A DNA stretch of 64,000 nucleotides, taken from NCBI GenBank assembly GCA_903813345.2, contig CAIIXF020000001.1, positions 18,352,001-18,416,000 of the forward strand, read 5' to 3'. The DNA comes from Owenia fusiformis (taxonomy: Eukaryota). Shown here one piece after another: positions 15,547 to 27,609 of the stretch. Numbering within the stretch: the stretch's first letter is position 1; each line of letters starts with the position of its first letter. A model generated the notes under the pieces. That model had not been told where the DNA came from. It was given only the letters and a program-made list of their open reading frames with translations, and searched no databases. Both the position numbers and the translations under genes were made by a program.

Positions 15547-18500
15547 AAATTTAATTAAAACTAGTTAATCCATAGTGGTGTTTTCATGCAAGAATGGTGC
15601 TGTTTTGTCTGGATTCGTTCAGGTTTTGACTTCATTCTTCTCTGCAACTTCTTTGAATAGACACGTGAGGGGTGGGATCTATTTAATATGCTTATGAATG
15701 CATGTAGTTGACAATTATACAATGGCTATTTTACAGTGTTATGATTTATGACGGTATGTACGAGATATTGAGAATACAAAATGAAGTTGGTCATTAGCTT
15801 GATGGCCTCCTTTTGCCTGTTTTCATTCTTTGAGCAAAAGTGTTGAATCGCCCCATTATATAACAACACCCTTGATGCCTTATGGGTGGTTTGTCCGTCC
15901 TAATAGCAAACTGTTGTTTCTTAAGATACTCTCTGAGTGATCCGACGTTCTGCGATATGAAACATTGTAATTGAACTTGGTAGCCATTAGCATGTATCAA
16001 CACATCTTAACATTCAGATAAATGAAGGGGGGAAGTTATATTAATAGTTGATGCTTTAAATGTTCACTTTTCTTTTTTCATGACCAATAATTCGATAAGG
16101 CCTCTGCAAAGGTCAATTGACTTGGAATTTACACATCACAGCACGCCTGGTCAATTGTTAATGAACAGAAACTACTTTTGTGACAGTCTTATGATTAATG
16201 CAAACAATTTATTACGAATACATCATATTGATTGAAACTAAGAAAATCTAGAGAGATTTGGAACATGAAGCGTAGCAAATTTGAGATTATGATTTCGATG
16301 TTAAGATTAGAGTTCAGGTTGAGTTCTTATTCGAGAACCAAGCAGAGGTCATTGGTAAAAGTCACACACTTGTGAACTTTTCAACTGACTCTACATTTTC
16401 ACACAGACATTGTTGAAATAACGTACATGTTTGTCATTGACCAGGATGGATATGTTTACATTTGCAGATATCCTAGTTAGACGAGCTATCGCAAACAAAC
16501 ATGAAAACGTTACAGATTTGCTTCTCACTTAACAAGCGTCCAGAAATCTTAGAATACCTAATAGATGCATACTAAAATAGTTTTAACGATCATCCTTAAA
16601 TATAGCATCAATTTTAAAATTTTATTTATCATATTGATAAAACTGTTCCTGGTTTATTTTCAAAGCTTGTAAAAAGTATACTTTGGTGTCAGCAAAGGGC
16701 ACCATTGATACAAACAGAGCTTTCAAAGCTGTGACAAACGTGATTAATGTCCTTTCACTGGCACCCATTCAACAAAACAATACGTTATATAGCTCTTTTA
16801 AAACATTTTAGGTACACAAAAAACTTCCTTTTGATAAAAGAAAATGTACTTTGACATATTCTTTATTTATTTTGATACAAATTGTTTACATTTTTGAGTG
16901 GGTTTTTACCCCTTTCGTTTGCTACTTGAAATGTACAATACTAAGTTTGTGCAGTGAATACCAGTGAAAATCATTACGTGTCTATTTCCACGACACTAAA
17001 TGATTTATATGCAAATCGAAATAACATAAATCATCGTATGTCAGAGTGTAAAAAGAGCAATTTTATTATTTCAAAAATCCAATAAATATGCATGTAAACC
17101 CGTTATGCTTTGACAAAGTAAAGAAATATTAAATTTGAAATACGCCCAGAAACAAAAATTCAGATCGATCTTAAATATTTCATTAAATTGAAACTATTGA
17201 TATCTATTACATTTTTATATGGTTAATTATCAGTTCTAAAATGCTTTCTCTTTGTCTTTTTGTTTTGATAAAATAACAACATCTGATATGGCATCATCTT
17301 TTTAAATACATTGTAGTGGTAATTAAATCAAATGAGCCCTTACAACTAAAACTCAATGCATCTGCAATTTACCCTAGTGATATATGTTTAGTGAATTATC
17401 CTGAAATGTGGATATCGATATTTTCTACAAGGGGATAAAGTTTCTAGTTGCAAGGCCTACTAAGTTCCTGCGTAACATGCAGGGGGTGAACTGAGAATGC
17501 AAATCCGCATCTGCTTCCAGTTTATCTTAGGTATTACTATTTCATTATTTTTCGTTGTAAGCGATCACAGTGCCTTGTCTTAGTCTCCGTGATATATGGT
17601 CTCGGGTCAAAGGCCATTGAGGCCTACATTCACTCAAGCCATTATCCAAATTACCTCACACTATGTTGCGTGAGTCGGGTTTCTTTCCAAGCATTTTCCT
17701 TTGCATGGAATCACCTAATACAAATATTATTGGGATCACGCATCCCTAAGAGCTTTCTCAGATTTGAATTTTGAGATATGAGCGTCAATTCTAATATCGA
17801 GTTGATGTTCATCAGCGAGCTGTTCTAAAACTTGAGATATGGGTCCGTGCTAGTTGGTATTCTATCAGAGTGACGGGTTCAGTTGTGTCACTAATGAAAA
17901 GGATTTCTAGGCTTATCCCTATAAATCCCCGTGGCTCAGTGGACTCTGCACACTTCCATCAGCCCTATCAATAATCTCGGTGTTCCCTATTACACAATGT
18001 CATCATCACGTCGTTCTTTTAAAATCCCAATCTGCAGTGTTTCTCACGAGAATCAGAAAGAAACTTTCACACAGAAATCCTGGTACTCCAAACCGTCAGG
18101 AATCCCTGAAAATAGAGGTATGTAGTTTCGGTTTATTTTCAGAATTAACACAGACATTTGGGCAATAATCTTTACAAAAATATGAACAAGATAAAAGGAA
18201 CATGGTCCAAGGGTAGAACGTTTACATTTAGCTGAATTATTCATGATATTATATAATTGGTCAAATGGCCTTGCTCTACCACAAGACCTTACAAAATCAA
18301 AATAACGAATTTTAAGAATTGGTAGATTAATTAAATGTTTTTATGTTCTTTGTACCTCGATATGATATTTAACTAAAAGTTAAGATGATAAAGTAACACA
18401 ATCGTTGCGTTGTTTAATCATAATGGGCCTCGCTATTCAGCCTCTTGGTCAAGCAATATGCCCAGTATAGAGTAGCCATAACATAATGAAGCTGTGCTCT

Positions 18501-21500
18501 ACACTGGATCGTTATTGTTATTCATTTACTTTAATGCTAAGAGTATAAATCCTAAATGGGATACATATCTACTGAACAAAGCATTTATCGTTACAAAAGT
18601 ATCATTTTACAATTTCTATGATATTGTTCGTTGTTTGCAAAAGCCAGGATATTGCAAAACAGTGTTCGGCTAAAAGTGGGTAATATTCATATGAAGTCGG
18701 CTATTATTCAGCCTATTATTCTATTATATGACTGGTTGGGCACGACACTGCCAATCGATAACTAAAATGTCATCTGATAAAACGAGAATGATGGATACTA
18801 AATTACTGTATCGAGTGATATAGTTTTTGTTGCAAGTTAGCATTTACGAAGTATCTCTAAATTCACGTTGAAAAGTGTGTTTTATTGTATTTAGTTACTA
18901 TTAGGATCCTCTGTCTTACAATTAGTTAAACAGTTTATATCAATCGTTCTTCAGTTAAAGTGATGTGTTTTTGAATTTGGCGCCAAGAAGATGTACGGTA
19001 ATTAACAACTCCATCTTTTGTTTGAAATCTTTAAAATTAGAGATATCTGTTTCTGGTTGGTTTAAATGAAATGGAAAGTCAAATTTTAGTACATTTTTAT
19101 GTCTAATAGCCACCGTAAAGGCCATACCCCTTATGGCAATCTGATAATGATACACTATGGGATCAGAGAACGTATCTAAGAATTAAAAAGGAAGTTTCAT
19201 TCTAGTCTGATGGCGTGAATGCCCGAGTTAATTTGGTAATGCAGTGGTGAGCTCTCAGTCTCAAATCAACCCTGTTCCCTAAGCTATTTAATCAAATTAC
19301 TAAGCACTGTCTAATTGGTACGGTATGTTTCTTCCTGAAAGTCTAATGAAAATAGAAGTTCGGATTGAAACTAATGACTTGGTAGATTTTGCGTGTTGCT
19401 TGTTTTGATGACGTGGGATTAGAAATACGTTAGTCGTCACGCAGGGTGAATAGATACATCCAATTGCCAAATTAACCAGTAGAGACCAATTCGAGCAAGA
19501 CCTAGAGATACATCTAAACCAACATTACACCATTCTCGTAACATCACGTTACCTTGTACGCCATTGTTCCAGACCTTGTAGTATATTTTTAGATTCGTTA
19601 TAAATACTAAATCATGTCACTTAACCCAGACCCCTATACACAACTGACATTGAAAAATAAAGTATAACATCCGGTGCATTCTGACATCGGTTCCTCGAAT
19701 AAATCAAACCCTTAAAATATATTGCCATTGTGTTTTCACTCGTGACATGACTTAGATGTATGTGTATATCACAAACATGTCAATCTATTGTCTGGATTAT
19801 GTATACATATAGGTACATATATAACAGTTGTTGACAATTGTCATCGGGTGATATATGTTATATTTATTTGCTGTTATCGTACGTGAAATGTTACGAAGTC
19901 ATCAAACATTTTATAAAGTTTGCTTTTTCTTTTGTATGTTTTGTATTGCACGAGTCATTAATGGGTCCCTTACACTGTAATTGCAGTATCATATAAATTT
20001 TTCTAAACTTAAAATGCAAGTCTAAGTGTTTATATCACATACACTCACCGTGGTGATATACCAAAATATCAACTGGTCACATGACTGGAGTATTGATGCA
20101 TGATAAATCAGCCAATGGAACATATTATATTCCTTTGTTGCAAGAGACATGATATTAATATCATGTTCATTCGCATTCTGTAATCAGAAACTGGTATCAA
20201 GAATTCAACGTTACGTGAAAAGTTTTAAAATAATTGTTATCAAATATAGTATATTCATGATGAGATTTAAATAGTTGAGACATTTGAACATGTTTCACGC
20301 ATATGATTTTTCATATATTTGAATGCCCATAATAATTTTGACAGTGATCACTTAAATGTTCAGATTATCAAATACTCATGAAATATAAAATACATTATTT
20401 TCACATTAGTTACAGAAAGAAACTTTTCCCATCAGTTAATTTGTTCCTTGCATTAGTTTTTTCACGATTGTTTGATGTCACAGCCTTTTTAATAGGCATG
20501 ATAAATCTAAATATAAAAGATTAATGTGTGTTGTTCATCCATGTCACTCATTGCCAAACAAGAGTCTATTGTTCTTGGTGTGAGACGATTGGGAGGTATT
20601 TTAAAGTCGACTGTATTTTGAACTTTTGAGCATTAAGTTTTAATCCTAAAAAATCATGACATTTTTCCAATCATTTAATGTACAAACGTAAATTATCATT
20701 GTCAAAGACAGTACTAACATTTTACTTGTGTCTGAGTTGTTGTTTTATTCTCTATTGATCAAATATTGTTCATTGATTTTATTATTGTCTCTTTGTTTTT
20801 CAAATGTTGCCCCTTGTGTTTAATATGAGTAAATAAATGAGCTATCCATGTGTAACACACAAGCATGATGCACTAACAATAGATTCAGGTGGTTTTTAAA
20901 GTCATTGAAAATAAACGTATTCATCATGTACCATCAATGAAACTGGATTAATCATGAGCTTTAATTATGCTCTAAAAGTACACCGAGGCATATACAAAAC
21001 ATGCAAAGTTACCGAGTTCCAAAGTAACCAAAGTTACCTAGTTTTATAGCAATCAAAACGCTGAATCGAAAATATAATTTCATAAATTATTGACATTTCA
21101 TATTGATGTTTTATTTGTATGATGTTAAATGTTGTAGATTAAAAATTGAACAAATGTAAGGATCTGTGTCAAGTCACATAAATAAAACTAAATAAATGAG
21201 TTTATTCACTTGAAACACAAGAACAAAAATATACATTCCCTAAAACAACAGAATGGAATTCAATGCAAAATAAGTCAAAACGATTAAATAACGATCTAAA
21301 TGTACTGAGCACGATGAAAAATCTTGAAAAGTTCGAAACTAGTTATACCGATATCGTTTTAGATTAAAAAGGATTAGATTTTCGATCTGTTACCAAACAC
21401 GTCTAATATTTGATACACATCTTATAGCTCTTTAACAATTGGATTTTGAAATATGATATTGCCATAAATCATATCATGTTTGATACATGCTATCAAGCCA

Positions 21501-23334
21501 TCTGGCTATAACGGTTCTGATCGCAAATAACAATAGCAAAAAACTAGACAAGTTAAACAATCTTGTTTATTCAATAATACATTGATTGATGTTAAAAAGG
21601 GAACACCAATTTTCTTATTAATTAGAGACAAAAGTACATCTGGGGTTGAATACTGTTGAAGATTCCCGTCGAGTTTTTTAAAGAACACTACAGCGACAAT
21701 GCTATTACAGGTCTGAATTTGTTATAGAAAAGTCATTAGAATTTTCATTAGATAAAACTCCCAAGGTACATTAGACATTCATCAAACTCCGTAGCGAAGA
21801 TTACAATCTCTGAATGCTATTCCTTATAGACCCACATCTGTGAATTCTAAACACCCATGACCCGCCGCAATCGAAACTCTGACCTTTGTGCAAAACAACT
21901 ACTGAATAGTGAAGGATTATGCCTGGATATATCACAACTCAAGTAGATAAAACAAGAGTTCATTTTGAATTGTGCATTTGTTATTATATTCATGGAATAA
22001 GTGGGAATCTCAAATGCTTTTCCTTTAAATCACCATTTTGAAACTAGAATGGAATGGCTCCGCCCACTTACGCAACTCATTGTAAAAGATGCCCAAAGGT
22101 CAAATGGCAACCATTTTGAATCTTAACATGATGTGAACTCTGACTAAAGGCCAGATGATTTAGTGCTATGTGAAACGAATATAACGCATCCAATAAAAAA
22201 TCCTTAGAATCCCAGCCACATTCAACACCTAAAATGATAATAAAAAGTAGTTGAATACCTTTAAAATGAAACGCGATCATGCCAACAGCTTCACTTTCAT
22301 AATCAAAACCAACATCAAACAACATAGTGGATATTAAGCACCAATACTTCCTGTGTGTAAACAAAAGTGGTTGTAAAAAGTGCACCGATTTTGGGGTAAG
22401 TGGGGTTTAGACTGCATACTCGTATGTTAACTCACATACCATCTTGAGAAAGCCAGAACAAATGATCTCATGGGTAAAGCAAAGTAGGTGACTCGGCAAA
22501 GCAGTCACCGCATCATTTGAAAGTTCACGCAGAGAGGAAGTTGTTTATTTTAACTGAGTATCTCCGCATATCAGGACATTCTAACCATCCACGAAGGTTC
22601 CTTTGACGTAAGTTTCTTTAAATATTTAGATTCAGACTTCAGATGCATCAGTTATAAATGGAGGGTTGTTTGTTGTTAGGAGGTTATTCTCTGGATGATG
22701 GACGCCTGAAAGATCGCTGGGTGAACTAGTTGTAGACGAGCTACACGTCTGTTTTATATTTACTGCAACGTCGCCTTCAATCACCAGTGAGAGGCATCGA
22801 CTTGATACCAAAGCAGTATCGTCATCAAAACCAGCTTTTTTATCTCTTTCAGAACTATGCTCGACATGCTCTGTTCCTGGTGGTCCAGTCTGTTCTTTAA
22901 TTTCAAACTATGTCCAACCCCCATGACAAGTTTATTCACGAGTAGATAGGTCATCAATCATATATGTGTGTAGTAATTTTAAAAATTAAAAGATAAGGTC
23001 GGCCTGACTGACTGTGACAATCAAGAAGATAAAAACGACGCAAATAAAATGAATCTTCGCCATGGATGGAATATGTTATTATCTTATATTTGCATTGATT
23101 GTTGGTGTTTGATTTTCCATTAAGAAGGAGGTGTCTGCAATCAGAAATCACTTCATTAGAAAATTACCAGGTATATTGGTATTTTATTAGCTTACAGGCT
23201 TGAAGTACCATTAGCCAAAGTCCTTTCAGAATGTGACAGGTTTGTATGGCTGATTACATCTAGAATCTTAGGAGTCTCCAACTATCACAAAATTCATCTT
23301 TTAGTAGAGATATCTAATTTCTGGCAAATAAATG

Positions 23335-23348
23335 GTTTCTATGGCAAC
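23335..23348. promoter_or_regulatory. RFX X-box motif
   Basis: GTTTCTATGGCAAC. Confidence 0.45.
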
Positions 23349-26300
23349 GATATTTCGACATTAATGCAAGAACGGTTTATATTAGTAAGATTATTCATGC
23401 ATTACCGAGCGCTCAAGTCTTTCTTGATAACAACAAACGTGCTATCTCAACGGAGTGAATTTAATGATGAAACGTCTTCTGGGAATCTTATTTTCGAACC
23501 TATTCAGAATTCTGAATTAATTCTTGAAGATTGTAAATCGCTAGGGTAGAGAAGACATTATCGCTCAGTATGATTTGAATCTTGAATTTGATCTTGAGTG
23601 AAGGCTGAATCCCACTCCCTGTGAGTCAACCGTATTGCTCAGCAACCGCATACACCCTGTGGGATATGCTTTATTTACCCTACCAATCATTTTTCTAATT
23701 ATCAAATTAAACCGTAATTGATCTGAATCAATGATAATGGTATTAAATATCAATAAATATAATAAGTTTTGATATATCATACCTCTCCATACCCGGTACC
23801 CGTTATATCAGTTGTCTGCACTCCATGTTAGAAATCTCGAGACTGAGGGAAGAATATTACATGAAGCATATAGGTATTATTATTTTCCATCAGCTTGGAA
23901 CAAAAGTTAGTGTACAAATTGAATTTTATTTATTGTTTGGGGATCACGTGGGGCCATTAAGTTTACATGTGAAAGAACCTGGTCTCATCAATAGTTTCCC
24001 GTTCCTTTAGATATCTGTCGGAGCTTTGTTGTTGTTCGAAGTTGGTATTGTCTGCTCTAAGTCGCGTTGCAAGATTAATCGCTAGAATTGTTCCACCTGA
24101 CCTGGAGCATTCACCAGTGTAGAATAGATGCCAAGGGTCAATGGAGATTTTAACATTCACATCTCCAGAACATAGTGGGAGATATTTTTGGACCATTGTT
24201 TCAACTTGATCGTAATTTACATTTAATAACTTCCCAATAATGTTGCTTGTTTTAAGAATATGTGTTTTATTATCAAATGAAGTAGTTTAGCCATCAAACT
24301 AATCTTATTTCGTTGTAGTACGTTTAGCCTTGGTTTATTACCTAAGGGGCCTATTAGAATCCATTATCGTCATTATTTTATGGGTTTACTAGCCCTTGGA
24401 TCTCATCCAACCATTATTTATAGGTCTAACTCGACCCAAACAGAGAACATATATCAAAGCAGCTATTATGACCAGGGGATTTCTAATATCTTTTGTTTTG
24501 ACTGAAACAAAAAAAATATGTGACATGGACAAAACCCCTCATTATTAATTAGCTGATTTAACAGTATGTCATCATTCTAGACATTGAGACAGATATTTTA
24601 ATAAAATTACATATCAATACCCAATTAATCATTTGCTTGTCGATCATATACGTTTTTAATAATACTCGCCCGGACTATACATCATATTTATCAACGTCTG
24701 AGTCTTTTCGTCATTGTATCTCCAATATGTTCTCACAATAATCACGAACGTTAGCATTATCAAACATTCTTGTCTTGCTCCATTATGGATTGCCTTTGTA
24801 TGGTGGGCTTTTTGGCTTGAATTTTTCCTGTTCATGATTTATATGATTGGATATAATATCATTTGTGAATATGATTGAAGCTAGTATCCGGATTATTTTG
24901 TTGTGTTCTTGTTCTATCGGTTAATATTGCTTGTTTTTGTAGTTGTTGCTGTTTTCTTTTTTTCAAATTTCTGCCCCTCATGCTCTCTTATTATGGAACC
25001 TCATACCTTTAATGTTTATTTCAGATTGATTGATGCCACAATATTGAGCATATAATATGTTTTGTTGATAAGGTATCGATGTTGCAAAAGCTCAAGCAAA
25101 CTCAAAACCTGGAACAACTCAAACTTGGTCAAACTTTAATCTATACATGTTTAACTCGTAACACATTGGATTATGGTCTGGGATAGTTGGGTTTGTTCAT
25201 CAATTAAACAAATATGAGAAAGGGTTACAAACTTCACCAAAGGATTTTATATATTTGCTCGATCATATATTAATGATGATGTCTAGTTCAGTGTGTTTTT
25301 CCTGAAATCAATAACGTATCAAAAATGCAAGAACACTTGGTATATCAAATGCGTTAGTTATTTCATTGTTTGTGATAGATAAACCTTTTCGTGTCTTCTA
25401 GTTTGTTTGCAGTGTGAAAAAGATTAATTATTGAGGTATGTAATAAACTAGCCATTCTCCCTTAAAATGGATGATTTCAAGACATTTGTCTATCTCGAAC
25501 ATGCATTTTATAATTTCTGGAAAGTGTATGATATTGTGTCGACTCCTGGTGAAAACAACATTGTGGTAAACTTAAACTTAAAGGCAACTTAAAAATAGTA
25601 TCAAAATTGGTACCATAATCGGAATTAATGAGAAACACTATATCAACATTTCTGGTATATAGTTCATAACTTTAGCTAGAAAAGTTCATCATTCCTTGCA
25701 ATATGTATAGTAGATAGAGAGATTGTACAAAACTAAATAAATGTTTAATGTGAAGGTTGAGTTTGGATTTGAAACAAATCTTGTTCAGATCAGAAAAGCC
25801 TACATCTGTTTCGAGCAATGCATCATAATCATTTCTCTTTAGAAAGGGTGGGAGTGACTACTTTGAGGGTGGGGGAGTGTTAAGACCATAGTATTGTGAC
25901 AAAGCAGAGACCTCAGCAATTAGACTAGCCATTTTGTGATCTCCCTAAAGGCAGGGCATCATACCGCCTGTCAGAATGTCTTTTCTTCTAGCCATTGTAG
26001 ATTAAAATGTATCGGTTAGCCACTTTATCATAATTATCGCACCTTGACTTTCTAATTACACATCCATTGTCCATTCGCTTGCCAATTGTCAAATCAACTA
26101 GAGCACTTATTATTAAGTTTTGCTGCTTCCTCAATGTAAAAGTTTACAAATGAAACCGTTACCATAAGAAAGGTAGAATTGTTTGATATCTGATCTGTAT
26201 AGATGCTAGTAGATCTAGGCAGGCAGTCGCCTCTTTATGAAAGTGAATAAGTAATGTTGATTAGCGTGGAAGAGACCTCTGTGATTCAGTGGGTGAACTA

Positions 26301-27550
26301 GACGACCAAGTGATTTATAGAACACGACAACTTCTCAAACTTGTTCTCGAGAAGCAGCAGAGGGCCAGCACGCAGGTAATTAGTCATTTTTTAACTTTCG
26401 TCTGTCTAAGCATTGTTAGTTGATGGGACTACATCCCCATTGCGCTTGTTAGCAAAGAGTTAGGAACTTTGAATAATTGACTATGAAACTGTCTAAAACG
26501 AATGACCATAAATTACCTGATTGAATTAATGGAGATGATAGTCTTAATTCATAAACTACTCTCAGAGTAACAATTAGAACTAACGAATGGATCCATTGAG
26601 GTTTACTATGACATGAAGTTAAGGAAAAGTTACAAACAGCTATTTTATCGTGTAAACTAGGAAAAACTAGTTCTTATCTCTAACAAGATTAACTAATCAC
26701 AAGTATAGTAAACTTTTCCAGTGACCTGTAGCCTAGTATGTTACTTGAAGGACCGTGTCTCTTTTATTGCCATTTATTTTCATTTAGGCTTTCATTTCTG
26801 ATTTGAAGGTCATTGAGACTAAGGAAGATGATTAATGAAATTCTTGGTCACTCAGGCTTCATTTTTCAGTTATACATTTCAAATCATTGAATCCCTTTTG
26901 CGACATGCAAAATTGCATTTTCAGGTAGAAGCAAAATTCAAATAAAGTATTAAATGCAAATGCTTGATATTTTAGACAAACGTTTTAAAAACAATTGTAA
27001 ATAATAATTGAATGAATGTAAATAGATGAATTCATTTGTGAGGTGAGATGATTTATAATATTTGAATTTAGACATGTACATGTACTTCATGTATCGATTA
27101 TTTCTAAAACAAAAGAATCAGATAGATATAAATATTTTATTCTTTTAGTTAACAGTTACAAAATCATTGACTCTGTAAATATTTTGCAAACGTGTTATAT
27201 GACAGCAATTTGATATCCCTCTTTGACGTTTGAAAGACATTCATAAAGAAACACAAAATCCTGGAGATTTTTGGTTCACTTATCTTTCTTCCTGTCAAAA
27301 CAGTGTGTATCCATGGTCATTCAATTAACACTAGTATCGGTAAATCCAAATGGATATAAATGAATGTTATAATCCATGGATCTGGAGTATTGAGAAAGTT
27401 CTAGTATGATCAGATGAAGGTTAGTCATTCCTCGTGGTTATCCGCAGTCTACAGCGGCCATTTTTGATCCACCCTCTTCATTCCTACGGTCTTTTTGATC
27501 TCAGATCAGCGAAATGTTATGTTGTTTTGTTGAATTAGAACAAGTCATCA

Positions 27551-27609
27551 TATACCTGTAGAACTGAGCTTCTGTTTACAACGATACACAAACCCGGATC
27601 TACAGGGTA
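27551..27609 (-). ncRNA. mir-993: Pre-miRNA of the miR-10 family, miR-993 (Mir-10-P4) type
   Basis: Minus-strand 5p arm UACCCUGUAGAUCCGGGUUUGUG (27609-27587) has the miR-10 seed and two differences from miR-10. A 12-nt loop follows. The 3p arm CAGAAGCUCAGUUCUACAGGUAUA (27574-27551) matches the miR-993-3p pattern GAAGCUC...UCUACAGGUA rather than miR-10-3p. The arms pair with 1 bulge, 3 mismatches and 2 GU pairs. It lies upstream of Hox3, where miR-993 sits in other Hox clusters. Confidence 0.9.

Noticed and set aside
17926-17990. Pol III A-box-like TGGCTCAGTGG suggesting a tRNA or SINE head
   Set aside because: No convincing B box and no cloverleaf.
20147-20166. 20-bp perfect palindrome ACATGATATTAATATCATGT
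   Set aside because: AT-rich and plausible by chance in 64 kb, with no supporting context.
27587-27609. Calling the hairpin canonical miR-10
   Set aside because: The 3p arm and the GGG in the 5p arm fit miR-993, and the position upstream of Hox3 with no intervening Hox4 fits miR-993.
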